NCBI GenBank assembly: GCA_965243025.1
Contig: CBDETY010000003.1
Coordinates: 224,001-288,000 of the forward strand
Source of the DNA: Candidatus Latescibacterota bacterium
GTDB taxonomy: Bacteria > Latescibacterota > UBA2968 > UBA8231
Length of the DNA stretch: 64,000 bases
Direction: 5' to 3'
Shown one piece after another: positions 27,501 through 36,585 of the stretch. A program made the position numbers and the translations under genes. The first letter of the stretch is position 1. Each line of letters starts with the position of its first letter. The notes under the pieces were generated by a model, which did no database searches, was not told the origin of the DNA, and saw nothing but the letters and a program-made list of their open reading frames with translations.

Positions 27501-28953
27501 TCAACTCCGTCTTCCGCCAGTCCTCCACCGAGGCGCGCATTGAAAGCGGCCCGAACTCCGGGCCGAGTCCGGGCAGCTCCTCCACCGTCAGGTCGGCGAC
27601 GAGCTCGCCGGGAGACAGGTGCCCGGTGACCGCGGCCGGCATCGGGGTCCCTGTCAGGGGGCCGGCATCGAGCTTTCCGCGCAGGTCGACGGCGTAGCGG
27701 TCCGGTCCGGCGACCGTTCCTTGGGCGGCGACGGAGCCGAGCGTCGATTCGAGCGCCGCGGTGAGTCCGGGGCCGTCGAGGTGCGCCTCGAGGGTGAGGT
27801 CAAGCGGGGTTGCCGCCTCCGGCCGCAACCCGGAGAGCCGGGCCTCGAGGCGGGCGTCCAGCTCTCCCCAGGCGGCGCGCCCGCCCGCCGTCAGGGTGGC
27901 GGACAGCAGGCCGTCGGCGGCGCCCGAGGTAAGGGGGGCGATGGCCAGGCCGGCGATCTCCAGGCTTGCCCTCATGCTGTCGCCGGCGGCGTGGGCGTAC
28001 TCTCCCCCCAGGCGCACCCTGCCCTCTCCCTCCGCTGACTCGATGAGAAGGGAGTCGACGGAGATCCTTTCCCCGGTAACGCGCGCCGCGGCCGTCCCGG
28101 TGTAGTCGCCGAAGACGGAATCGCTCAACGCTCCGGATGCCGCCAGGTCGAGGTCGAGGGCTGCCATGGCCCCGGACAGGGTGACAACTCCCTCGCCCCG
28201 CCGCGAAGGAGATCGGGCGCTTACTGCAGTTTCCAGATGCAGCGGAAGGGACTCGGTCAGGCCCAGGGTCACGGTGCCGGCCGCGGTGAATCGGGCATTC
28301 CCGGTGGATGCGCGCACCGACAGGCTGTCAGCCGCGAGGCGGTCCGCCTCGACCGTAAACAGGGCCTCGAGGGCGCCGGATGCGCGCGTCTCCCCCCGCG
28401 TCAGCTGAACGTCAGGGGCGGTGATCCGGAGCCGCCTGCCGGAGGAGGGACCAGTCGAGGATCCGGGTGCCATTTCGAAGCGCAGATCCATCCGGTTTGC
28501 CGCTACTCGCAGGCTGCCGTCGCGGAGCGCGAGCTCTGCGCCGGAAACCGTTATGGAAGGGATGTCGTCGAGGGGCAGGCTGAAATGCCCGGGTTCCGGG
28601 GCGGCGGGGGGAGGCGGTGCCGGATCCACCGCCGGAATCGCGGCGGAGTCCGGCCGCGACAGGTCGATCTCGATCCTCGGGGATTCAACCGCGACTTCCC
28701 GGTCCCAGATCGTCGCTGCCAGCGACGGGACCGCAATCGCCGGCGAACCGGACCGGCCGCCGGCGCGAACCTCTTCGAAGCGGGGCCTGCCCAGAAGCGA
28801 GCCTCCGGTGGAGCCGATCTCCACCCTCCATCCATACCTCGGGGCCGCATGTTCGACCGCCCGGGCAAGGACGTAGACGCCCAGGGGAGTCAGCAGCAGG
28901 AGGAGAAGAAGGGCTGCCGTACCCGCCCCGGCGTAGAGGATGGTTCGCCGCAT
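24565..28953 (-). CDS. TamB-like translocation/assembly module protein
   Basis: 1462 aa, N-terminal anchor, long beta-rich body, DUF490-like C-terminus, coupled to the Omp85 gene. Confidence 0.8.
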   Translation of the reverse strand: MRRTILYAGAGTAALLLLLLLTPLGVYVLARAVEHAAPRYGWRVEIGSTGGSLLGRPRFEEVRAGGRSGSPAIAVPSLAATIWDREVAVESPRIEIDLSRPDSAAIPAVDPAPPPPAAPEPGHFSLPLDDIPSITVSGAELALRDGSLRVAANRMDLRFEMAPGSSTGPSSGRRLRITAPDVQLTRGETRASGALEALFTVEADRLAADSLSVRASTGNARFTAAGTVTLGLTESLPLHLETAVSARSPSRRGEGVVTLSGAMAALDLDLAASGALSDSVFGDYTGTAAARVTGERISVDSLLIESAEGEGRVRLGGEYAHAAGDSMRASLEIAGLAIAPLTSGAADGLLSATLTAGGRAAWGELDARLEARLSGLRPEAATPLDLTLEAHLDGPGLTAALESTLGSVAAQGTVAGPDRYAVDLRGKLDAGPLTGTPMPAAVTGHLSPGELVADLTVEELPGLGPEFGPLSMRASVEDWRKTELTLSLDGGGMLAGVETDLKAGSVDTLHAAIQPTRLDRLLPELSGSVTAGLEAGSFDWDAARLGATIALQEVGYRGWSAGDIDTGISFEDGTTRLLLRGRGLHAEAHLEETGRYSATARLDSVTAARRDPVSDRLDHLLLSGELSASGETGKPELLTAELLLEQVELSFHEQVFQAIEPVRATRRSGVTEIAPVSLATPAGTLTASARAADSLSARAAIDSVFLTLAGGALTARGILELRLRGTADRPELDGELELFEVHLQQRRLGRLRTVVSHRDSTVAVVELTQPAGSGGETKAGSLAVRLAMPGTALSGDAAAGERAHLGIGAGGLDLGPVLSYALDDSVGGSLGLSGALSFPADGLASGITWTSLSGSARLSHLEIEKGTLHLEVPDEGVEVRFGGEEPQHMTLTLARLDEESGRYDHPAGSVSAGLQTASGRHRITLELSEVDLLSAAAFGIGESSLPAGTVDAVAALTDSAGGRSLSLTATAATEEFGDLTADVEVAGGLATLQALWSTPLADEVAVSGNLPVHPRTWKAVWERAGLSARTEGVNLFIFVDQVPELETLDGLVRFDLAATSLGSDPQVNGELEVEEVGFRFIDVDPGYAFPRGRIEFSGRRGLLTDFSGYPSRGEGECELSGHLEISADRLDYDLVLAIDGVPFGYDDVFLVPAAQGRLQFRSRENGSLLEGELLLDQGISEPPLVDLTAPPLPPPPPALQDPFLETIHLDLRVDVREMAVRNELADLLLEGSGHVYGTFYKPRIQGEMFVKKEGTVIALNNEFVFEKRGRIILDRLVPTYSILDLAYDPLLLDPELDLEAVAEVRDMADNEERTVTMSLRGSTLRANPDFSSGDLEKNQVIFLLAFGTSETEGVAERDLFRAAGTAVGQLLLGGQLQRIGLDEFQLLPSGTVLGTSGQPAVRIGKHFRWPLPLWVRYEAITNDPSIGEAQVEYQFSRFITLRAKAHSEYELYGVGLGLKKQF

Positions 28954-29018
28954 CGATCAGGCGCCTCGGTACCCGGGGCCTGGCCGCAAGGTTCGGGAAA
29001 CGGCTAGCCCGGCGGCCA

Positions 29019-29879
29019 TCACCGGGTCGTGCGGGTCAGTTCACCGGAGACGTCGAAGAGCGAATCGGGAAGGTCGGAGTTGGAAAGGGACTTCACCGTT
29101 CGCACGAGCTCGAACACCTTCCTCTCCTTCTTCGAGCCCTGACGGGTGAAGACCTTGAGGACCGACTGCATGTGGAAACCCTCGAGGGCGTCGAGCTCTT
29201 CCTGCAGGCTTTCGTGGTCGGCGATCGCTTCCGGGGCTCCCCCGATGCCGGAGCGAATCAGCGACGGATAGGAAGTCTTGCGAGCCTGCACCTCCTGAAA
29301 CCGCCGGATATCCCGGTATCCGGGGAAGTCGTCGGCCGCCCAGGCCTGGTACAGGTAGCGGTTCTCGCGCCGCACCTTCCCGGTTCCCGGGTCGAAGTGC
29401 TGGACCTTCATCTCCGCGGCGACCCGGCGGCAAGGGATGCCGGCGACGCGTTTGGTATCGTCGAGGATGCGGGTGCGGAACTCCACTTCCCGGTCGGGGC
29501 CGCCGGCGGCCGCCTTGGCTGCCGGAGGGGTGCCTCGCCCGGCTTCATCAGAGGTGCCGGGGGGAGGAAGCGGTTCCCGGGAGTAGGATGCCCGGGTGTG
29601 GTCGATCTGCACCAGGTTTGCCCGGTCGAGCTGAAGGATGGTGCTGCCGTCGGTGGTCCCGCCCTGCCGGCGCAACGCTTCCACTCCGCTTTTCGAGGTC
29701 TCGACCAGGGAGTGTACCCGCTGGCGCAGCCCCTTGATGTACACCTGGTTGGTGGTCTTGCGAGCCCCTGTTTTCTTGGGGCCGACCCCCTTGTTGACGA
29801 TCTCCTCGACGTAGGACACGTCGGCAGCCGCCATGGCCGCCCAGCCTGCGGCGGCAACGGCGATCGAAACCAGCTTCAT
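29019..29879 (-). CDS. Secreted hypothetical protein (DUF4412-like)
   Basis: Signal peptide MKLVSIAVAAAGWAAMAAA; TKRVAGIPC and LPDSLFDV motifs. Confidence 0.6.
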   Translation of the reverse strand: MKLVSIAVAAAGWAAMAAADVSYVEEIVNKGVGPKKTGARKTTNQVYIKGLRQRVHSLVETSKSGVEALRRQGGTTDGSTILQLDRANLVQIDHTRASYSREPLPPPGTSDEAGRGTPPAAKAAAGGPDREVEFRTRILDDTKRVAGIPCRRVAAEMKVQHFDPGTGKVRRENRYLYQAWAADDFPGYRDIRRFQEVQARKTSYPSLIRSGIGGAPEAIADHESLQEELDALEGFHMQSVLKVFTRQGSKKERKVFELVRTVKSLSNSDLPDSLFDVSGELTRTTR

Positions 29880-30065
29880 ACAGTGCCCTCCGCGAATAGG
29901 TCGGGTCGTGGCGGAATATGTACGCTGTCTGCGGCCCGCGACCGGGGAGAGCCCGGTTTCCGCATGCAAGCGGGAACTCCAGGAGGCTCGCCGTTTGTTT
30001 CCCGGATTCTGGGAAGCACCGGTTGCAGGCGGGTTTGCGGCTTCAGGCCGGTTGCCTGTCGCCGG

Positions 30066-30752
30066 TCAATCGCGGTCGCCGCGAAGTATCAGCAGGCGCA
30101 CGAGGTGCATCAGGGAGGTGGCGGCGGCGGCGACGTAGGTCAGGGCCGCGGCATTGAGGACCCGCCGCGCCAGAACCCCTTCCTGCGGGGCCAGGTAGCG
30201 GCCGTCGACGAGCTGGGCCATGGCGCGCGAGCTGGCGTTGAATTCGACCGGAAGGGTGATCACCTGGAAAGCGAGCACTGCGGCGAACAGGGCGATCCCG
30301 ATGTCCATGAGGAAACCCTGATTGAAGAAGAAGCCGATCAGGAAAAGGGGGAAGGCCGCGGTGGATCCGATGTTGGCGACCGGCAGGAAAGAGTGCCGGA
30401 GATTCAGCGGCATGTAGCCCCTGGCGTGCTGGAGGGCGTGCCCCACCTCGTGGGCGGCGACGGCGAGCCCGGCGAGGTGATGGCCCCGGAAGATGCCGGT
30501 CGACAGCCTGACCACTTTGTCGCGCGGATCGTAGTGGTCGCTCAACACCCCGTCCACCTCCTCGACCGCGACGTCGTAAATGCCGTTTTCCCGCAGCAGG
30601 CGGCGCGCCGTTTCCGCGCCCGAGATCCCGGCCGCCGAGGCGACCTGGCTGAACTCCCCGTAGGTTTTTCTGACCTTCCACTGCGCGTACAGGGCCAGCA
30701 GGATGCATGGAACGAGCAGCAGCATGGTGGAGTCGAAAAAGAAGAATGGCAT
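30066..30752 (-). CDS. Membrane zinc metallopeptidase (YugP/Zn_peptidase_2)
   Basis: LSDHYDP, AVAAHEVGHALQH, TLPVEFNASSRA, AAALTYVAA. Confidence 0.92.
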   Translation of the reverse strand: MPFFFFDSTMLLLVPCILLALYAQWKVRKTYGEFSQVASAAGISGAETARRLLRENGIYDVAVEEVDGVLSDHYDPRDKVVRLSTGIFRGHHLAGLAVAAHEVGHALQHARGYMPLNLRHSFLPVANIGSTAAFPLFLIGFFFNQGFLMDIGIALFAAVLAFQVITLPVEFNASSRAMAQLVDGRYLAPQEGVLARRVLNAAALTYVAAAATSLMHLVRLLILRGDRD

Positions 30753-30821
30753 GCCGACGACCTCCTCGGTAAACCGGTTTACGGCTTTAGAATTTGAGCC
30801 AATGATGGGACTTCATCAAAC

Positions 30822-30857
30822 AAGAAACCGCGGGGAACCTGTTGCGGTTCCCCGCGG
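30822..30857 (-). terminator. Terminator after hsp20
   Basis: ccgcggggaacc/ggttccccgcgg stem, then tttctt on the minus strand. Confidence 0.75.
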
Positions 30858-30884
30858 CTGGGACAGGGGCGGCGGACGAGGCCG

Positions 30885-31337
30885 TCAGGCGCCCTTCACC
30901 TCGATCTTCCTGCCCCGCTCCTCGGCGGCGCGCGGCAGGTTGACGGTCAGAAGACCGTCCCGGAAAGAGGCTTCGACTGCTTCCGCGTCGACTTCGAACG
31001 GCAGCCGGATGCGGCGGACGAACCGGCCGCTGCGGCGTTCGCGGCGGTGCCAGGTGTCCCCGTCCTTCTCTTTCTCCTCCTGACGGGAGGCGGTAAGGGC
31101 AAGGACCCCGTCATCGACCGCGACGTCGATCTCTTCCGGCTTCAGGCCAGGAAACTCGGCCCTTACGTCGAGGCCGTCCTGGTTCGAGGTTACGTCGACA
31201 GCCGGGAGATGGGCAGTGCCCGTCTCGCTCAAGTTGAAGAGACGGTCGAACTCCTCGTGGAGCGAGACGAGTCCGGAGAAAGGGCTCCGGAAGCCGGCAG
31301 CGCCGGGAACGGAGTGGCGAAAAATGGTCGGCAACAT
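30885..31337 (-). CDS. Hsp20/alpha-crystallin small heat shock protein
   Basis: PAVDV..AEFPG..RERRSGRFVRRIRLP..A.F.DGLL..LP..KIEV; RBS aaggagg. Confidence 0.93.
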   Translation of the reverse strand: MLPTIFRHSVPGAAGFRSPFSGLVSLHEEFDRLFNLSETGTAHLPAVDVTSNQDGLDVRAEFPGLKPEEIDVAVDDGVLALTASRQEEKEKDGDTWHRRERRSGRFVRRIRLPFEVDAEAVEASFRDGLLTVNLPRAAEERGRKIEVKGA

Positions 31338-31396
31338 GATGAACCTCCTTTGGTTGAGTTCGGCTTCCGCAGCCGATTGTTGCGCGACCAAGGCTG

Positions 31397-31412
31397 TGCA
31401 ATCCCCGTGCCA
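31397..31412 (-). promoter_or_regulatory. Sigma-54 (-24/-12) promoter of hsp20
   Basis: Minus strand TGGCACggggaTTGCA matches the consensus TGGCAC-N5-TTGCW. Confidence 0.85.
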
Positions 31413-31583
31413 GGAATCCCCTAAGTTCCGTATCTCATTGTTTTCATTGCGCTTACTTTTCTCTCTATCCTTTTTAGACAATGGCAGTTCAAGAATGAAC
31501 CGCCATAATGGCAGCATTGGCAGTTGTCCTCCAGTTGAACGTGTCATTGTGGCATATGCCCGGGGATTTTTCTGGACCCAGGT

Positions 31584-31612
31584 TTGACACACAGACCGCT
31601 TTTCGTTATTCT
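31584..31612 (+). promoter_or_regulatory. Sigma-70 promoter of pckA
   Basis: TTGACA-N17-TATTCT. Confidence 0.7.
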
Positions 31613-31660
31613 CGGCGCGGGCCAACTGCTTAAAATACATATGGTTATTAACGGTCACCC

Positions 31661-33232
31661 ATGGCTGAGATCGCACATTCGGGTTTGAAGAATCTGGGTG
31701 AGGTTCATCGCAACCTGAGCCCGCCGCACCTGTACCGGGAAATCCTGAAACGCGGGGAGGCCGTGGTCTCCCACGACGGGGCGATCGTCGCCGAGACCGG
31801 GGACTACACCGGGCGCTCGCCAAGGGACAAGTTCATCGTCGGCGACCCCGATTCGGAAGGGGACATCTGGTGGGGGGACGTCAACCGCGAATTCCCGGGG
31901 GATTTCGACTCCCTGCACGGCAGGGTCGCCGGACACCTCGAGGGCCGCGACGTCTTCGTGCAGGATCTCTACGCCGGCGCCGACCCGGTGTACCGGCTGT
32001 CGGTGCGCGTCGTCACCGAGCTGGCCTGGCACAGCCTGTTCGCCCGCAACATGTTCATCCGCCCCCCTCCCGGGCAGCTTCCGTCCTTTGAGCCGGACTG
32101 GCACCTGATCTACGCCCCGGGCCTGCGCGCCGAGCCGGAGAGGGACGGGACGCGCTCTGAGGTCTTCGTAGTCCTCAACTTCGCCGCCCGCACCATCCTG
32201 ATCGGCGGCACCCGCTACGCCGGCGAGCTCAAGAAATCGGTGTTCACCCTGCTGAACTACATCCTCCCGAAGCGGGGCGTGTTGAGCATGCACTGCTCAG
32301 CCAACAAGAACCCGCAGGGGGACTCGACCCTCTTCTTCGGCCTTTCAGGCACCGGCAAGACCACCCTGTCCGCCGATTCGAGGTACGAGCTCATCGGAGA
32401 CGACGAGCACGGCTGGAGCGACCGCGGGGTGTTCAATTTCGAAGGAGGGTGCTACGCCAAGGCGATCCGCCTGCGATTGGACCAGGAGCCGGAGATCTTC
32501 GCGGCGTCGCACCGCTTCGGCGCGGTGCTGGAGAACGTCGTCCTCGACCCGTCCTCGCACCGGGTCGACCTCGACGACGACTCGAAGACCGAGAACACCC
32601 GCTCCTGCTACCCGCTCGATTTCATTCCCAACGCGAGCCTCGACGGTATCGGGGGGCATCCGAGCAACGTCGTCATGCTGACCTGCGATGCCTTCGGGGT
32701 GCTGCCCCCGGTGTCGCGACTGAGCGACGAGCAGGCGATGTATCACTTCCTCTCGGGGTACACCGCCAAGGTGGCCGGCACCGAACGCGGGGTCAGCGAG
32801 CCCTCGACCACCTTCTCACCCTGTTTCGCAGGGCCCTTCCTCGTGCACCACCCCACCTTCTACGCGCGCCAGCTCGGGGAGCGCCTGAGCCGCCACGGAT
32901 CGAGATGCTGGCTGGTCAATACCGGCTGGAGCGGGGGGACCTACGGGGAGGGGGAGCGCATCAGCCTCGCCTACACGCGCGCCGTCGTCTCGGCGATCCT
33001 CGACGGCAGGCTGGAGTCCGTTCCGCGCCGGGTCGATCCGGTCTTCGGGCTGCAGGTGCCCAGGGAGTGTCCGAACGTGCCTGCCGGGGTGCTGGATCCC
33101 AGGTCGACGTGGCGCAACCCCGGCGCCTACGACGACAGGGCGCGGGACCTGGCGGGCCGCTTCGGCGAGCACTTCGCCCGGTACGAGGCGCTGGCTCCCG
33201 AGCTTCGCAAGGTCGCGCCTCGGTCCGGGTAG
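31661..33232 (+). CDS. pckA: Phosphoenolpyruvate carboxykinase (ATP)
   Basis: TGRSPRDK, MHCSAN, GLSGTGKTTLS, IGDDEHGW, NFEGGCYAK. Confidence 0.97.
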   Translation: MAEIAHSGLKNLGEVHRNLSPPHLYREILKRGEAVVSHDGAIVAETGDYTGRSPRDKFIVGDPDSEGDIWWGDVNREFPGDFDSLHGRVAGHLEGRDVFVQDLYAGADPVYRLSVRVVTELAWHSLFARNMFIRPPPGQLPSFEPDWHLIYAPGLRAEPERDGTRSEVFVVLNFAARTILIGGTRYAGELKKSVFTLLNYILPKRGVLSMHCSANKNPQGDSTLFFGLSGTGKTTLSADSRYELIGDDEHGWSDRGVFNFEGGCYAKAIRLRLDQEPEIFAASHRFGAVLENVVLDPSSHRVDLDDDSKTENTRSCYPLDFIPNASLDGIGGHPSNVVMLTCDAFGVLPPVSRLSDEQAMYHFLSGYTAKVAGTERGVSEPSTTFSPCFAGPFLVHHPTFYARQLGERLSRHGSRCWLVNTGWSGGTYGEGERISLAYTRAVVSAILDGRLESVPRRVDPVFGLQVPRECPNVPAGVLDPRSTWRNPGAYDDRARDLAGRFGEHFARYEALAPELRKVAPRSG

Positions 33233-33243
33233 GTGCCCGGGTC

Positions 33244-34026
33244 CTACGGTGGATCCGGTTTCAGCGGGGCCGTCGCCACCGCGTCGCGAACGACATCGGC
33301 TTCCACCTCGGGTTGGCCGGCCGACACGATGTCGGCCGGCAGCGTGAGCTTCAGGGGCACCGCCGATCCCGCCGAGACGATCATCTGGAAGGCCTCTTCG
33401 ACGGTGAGGTTGGTGAGCCGCAGCTCCCCCCTGGGGATGATAAGCATGAAGCCGGTGGTGGGGTTGGGGGCCGTGGGAATGAACACGCTGTTGGCGGCCT
33501 GCGCCTCTCCCTCGGCGGGGACCTCGCCGGCGACGAACCCGAGGGTCCACAATCCCCTGCGGGGGTACTCGAACAGGATGACCTGCTTGAACCCCCCCCT
33601 GTCGGGAGAGGTCATCGTCTCCATCAGCTTCTGCACCGGCGAGTAGATGGTGCGCACCACCGGCAGGCGCTCGAGGGCTTCGCGGGCGTCCTGAACCAGC
33701 CGGCGCCCCAGCACGTTGCGGGTAACCAGCCCGACCCCCCAGACGATGAGGAAGGTGAGGAGGAAACCGACGCCGCGGTGATACCAGTCGGCGTCTCCGA
33801 ACAGGGCCGCCACCGGCCGGACCAGGGGGCGCGAGAAGCGGTCGGCGGCGTTGAACAGCCACAGCAGCACCGCGCCGGTGATCCACAACGGGGCGATGAC
33901 CGTGACCCCGGCCAGAAGGGTGGTGCGCAGACCGTGCAGCCTGCCTGAGGAATGGCCCCCGGTCCCGAGAGTGGAGTCGATCGGATTGATCTCTTTCTTT
34001 TTCCCTTTCACAGTCGCAACCGTCAA
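33244..34026 (-). CDS. DUF502 family membrane protein (start uncertain)
   Basis: RLPVVRTIY, EYPRRG, VFIPTAPNPTTGF. Confidence 0.85.
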   Translation of the reverse strand: MTVATVKGKKKEINPIDSTLGTGGHSSGRLHGLRTTLLAGVTVIAPLWITGAVLLWLFNAADRFSRPLVRPVAALFGDADWYHRGVGFLLTFLIVWGVGLVTRNVLGRRLVQDAREALERLPVVRTIYSPVQKLMETMTSPDRGGFKQVILFEYPRRGLWTLGFVAGEVPAEGEAQAANSVFIPTAPNPTTGFMLIIPRGELRLTNLTVEEAFQMIVSAGSAVPLKLTLPADIVSAGQPEVEADVVRDAVATAPLKPDPP

Positions 34027-34171
34027 GTATGAAACCAGTTATGCCAACGTATCGCCGCCGTACGGCGCCGTCAACGAATGAACCGGCGCCTCCCTGCAGC
34101 CCGGTACAGGGGGGGCCGAACTCCCGGGCATCGATGCGGCTCTCTCCACCGAACCATCGCCGGCAGGGGCC

Positions 34172-34861
34172 GTGACCGCTGCCTGCGCCCTCCTGCTCAG
34201 CGGCGGGATGGATTCGGCGACCTGCCTGTGGCAGCTGCGCGAAAGCTGGCCCGGGCCCGTCCACACGGTCTCCATGGACTACGGACAGCGCCACCGGATC
34301 GAGCTCGAGTACGCCCGCCGGCTCGCGGCCCGCGCCGGAGTCGAAAGGCACGAGGAGCTCGGCCTGGAGCTGCTTTCAGCGCTCGGGGGCAGTCCGCTGA
34401 CCGACGGCGCCCTCGAGGTGCCGGATGCCGACGAGCTGCGCCAGGGCGCCACGGTGGTGCCGTTCCGCAACCTGCTGTTCGCAGCCGCCTGCGCCGCGTA
34501 CGCGGGCGGCCGCGGGATTCGCGACCTGTTCATCGCCGCGGTTCGCGACGACCACGACGCCTACCGCGACTGCCGCCGCGAGTTTTACGACAGCCTCGAG
34601 GAAACCCTGGGGCTGGGCGCCGCCGAGGAGGGCCGCTACCGCATCCACACGCCGCTGATCGCCCGGTGGAAGACCGAGGTGGTAGCCGAGGGGCTGCGCC
34701 TGCGGGTGCCGTACGGACTCACCCACACCTGCTACACCGGGAGGCGGCCGGCGTGCGGCCGCTGCGACGCCTGCAGCGAGCGCCTGGCGGCGTTCCGCGC
34801 CAACGGCGTCCGCGATCCCCTCGCCTACGAATTCGATGCTGACCGGACGGTATCGCCCTGA
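34172..34861 (+). CDS. queC: 7-cyano-7-deazaguanine synthase
   Basis: LSGGMDS, DYGQRH, VPFRN, TCY...CGRCDAC..R. Confidence 0.92.
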   Translation: MTAACALLLSGGMDSATCLWQLRESWPGPVHTVSMDYGQRHRIELEYARRLAARAGVERHEELGLELLSALGGSPLTDGALEVPDADELRQGATVVPFRNLLFAAACAAYAGGRGIRDLFIAAVRDDHDAYRDCRREFYDSLEETLGLGAAEEGRYRIHTPLIARWKTEVVAEGLRLRVPYGLTHTCYTGRRPACGRCDACSERLAAFRANGVRDPLAYEFDADRTVSP

Positions 34862-34879
34862 CAGCCGGTCGGAACAGTT

Positions 34880-34910
34880 GCCCTGCCGCCGCGGCGGCAG
34901 GGGCTTTTTT
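34880..34910 (+). terminator. Rho-independent terminator after queC
   Basis: ccctgccgcc/ggcggcaggg stem followed by T6. Confidence 0.8.
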
Positions 34911-35027
34911 CACCGGATTGCCGAACTCGTCCGGGGCCGAAGCGTTTCCGCGAGGCCCCTCACGGGGTGACGGGGCTCCCCGCTCCGGCACCTCCTCCCC
35001 TTTCCACTCGAAACAGGAGAAACCCGC

Positions 35028-35891
35028 ATGCCATCGGTGAAGGAGATCTACCAGTTCGACGAGCTGACCTGGCCGGAAGTGAACGAGGCCGTGGCCATGG
35101 GCAAGATCCCCATTCTCGCAACCGGTTCCGTCGAACAGCACGGACACCACCTGCCGCTGAAGGTCGACCACCTCTGCGCCCACTCGGTCGCCGCCGAAGC
35201 GGCGCGCCTGAAACCGGAGCTGAGCCTGGTGCTGCCGCCGGTCACCTACGGGTACGTCCACCACGTCATGGACTTCCCCGGCTCCCTCAACATCCACTTC
35301 GAGCACTTCATCCAGTACGTCCTCGACATCTGCAAGTCGCTCGCCTACCACGGCTTCAAGAAGATGATCCTCGTCAACGGGCACGGCTCGAACCACAACC
35401 TCGTCGACATGGTGTCCCGGCGCGTGCACGTCGAGACCGACGCGAGCTGCGTCTTCTGCAGCTGGTGGCAGCTGTTGCGGGTGAACCCCGACTTCGACGG
35501 GGAATGGCGGGAGAGCGTCTTCCCCGGGGGCTGCTCGCACGCCTGCGAGCTCGAGACCTCGATGCTTCTCTACCTGTCCCCGGAGAGCGTCCGCAAGGAG
35601 AAGATCAAAAGCGAAATCGCCAGGACCAACCAGCTCGGTTCGAAGTTCGTCTGGACCGACCTGTTCAGCGCCGGGCCGATGGGACTGATACAGTGGACGA
35701 GCCAGTACTCGGACAGCGGCGTCATGGGGGAGGCGGAGAAAGCGACCGCGGAGAAGGGCAGGATCGTGTTCGAGGAGGCGAGCCGGAACCTCGCGGCTTT
35801 CGTCGAGGAGTACCACGCCATGGAGATCCGCGGCCGCACCCGCCACCAGGAGCGGGAACCGACCATGCCGCTTTCGTATCCGACGGATTGA
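35028..35891 (+). CDS. Creatininase/creatinine amidohydrolase family protein
   Basis: GSVEQHGHHLP..D, NGHGSN, HACELETS. Confidence 0.9.
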   Translation: MPSVKEIYQFDELTWPEVNEAVAMGKIPILATGSVEQHGHHLPLKVDHLCAHSVAAEAARLKPELSLVLPPVTYGYVHHVMDFPGSLNIHFEHFIQYVLDICKSLAYHGFKKMILVNGHGSNHNLVDMVSRRVHVETDASCVFCSWWQLLRVNPDFDGEWRESVFPGGCSHACELETSMLLYLSPESVRKEKIKSEIARTNQLGSKFVWTDLFSAGPMGLIQWTSQYSDSGVMGEAEKATAEKGRIVFEEASRNLAAFVEEYHAMEIRGRTRHQEREPTMPLSYPTD

Positions 35892-35913
35892 CACGTCCCC
35901 CGGACTTCAACAC

Positions 35914-36492
35914 CTACGCGGCAGGTTCGAGCAGGTTTCCGTCCAGCCGGTAGCGCTTTCCGCAGGATGGACATGCGGGTTCCCCACCTTCGGGCAGGGT
36001 CGTCCCGCAGCGGCAGACCCAGCCCGCCTGGCGCGCCGGCACCCCGACGACCAGGCCGTGGGGGGGGACGTCCCGGACGACGACGGCCCCGGCCCCGACG
36101 AGGGAGAAGCGGCCGATCTCCAGGCCGCACACGATCGTGGAGTTGGCCCCGAGAGTGGCTCCCTCGCCGACTGTAGTCGGCCTGAATTCCTCCTTGCGCT
36201 CGATGAAGGCGCGCGGATTGAGTACATTGGTGAACGTCACGGAGGGACCGCAGAACACGCGGTCTTCCAGCAGCACCCCTTTGTAGACCGAAACGTTGTT
36301 CTGGATCTTGCAGCCGCTGCCGATCCGCACCTCGCGGTCGACGTAGACGTTCTGGCCGAGAATGCAGTTTTCGCCGATTCGCGCTCCGGCCATGACGTGG
36401 CTGAAATGCCAGACTCTGGTTCCGCTTCCGATCTCGCACGGCTGGTCGATCACCGCGGTGGGGTGGGCGTAGAATCCCGCTTCGGTCGTCAT
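35914..36492 (-). CDS. Hexapeptide-repeat N-acetyltransferase (WbpD/WlbB-like)
   Basis: VWHFSHV, KIQNNVSVY, FTNVLNPR, C-terminal Cys cluster. Confidence 0.88.
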   Translation of the reverse strand: MTTEAGFYAHPTAVIDQPCEIGSGTRVWHFSHVMAGARIGENCILGQNVYVDREVRIGSGCKIQNNVSVYKGVLLEDRVFCGPSVTFTNVLNPRAFIERKEEFRPTTVGEGATLGANSTIVCGLEIGRFSLVGAGAVVVRDVPPHGLVVGVPARQAGWVCRCGTTLPEGGEPACPSCGKRYRLDGNLLEPAA

Positions 36493-36585
36493 GGGCGCTC
36501 CCGGGAATGGCCCGCAGGCCGATGAGAGATACAACAGTCCGTTAACCGAATCCGTTCACCGTAAAATAGTAAGGGGAAGGTTCGC

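Noticed and set aside
24616-27543. 975-aa plus-strand ORF
   Set aside because: Shadow of the TamB-like gene.
34027-34171. preQ1 riboswitch upstream of queC
   Set aside because: No preQ1 stem-loop with an A-rich tail is visible.
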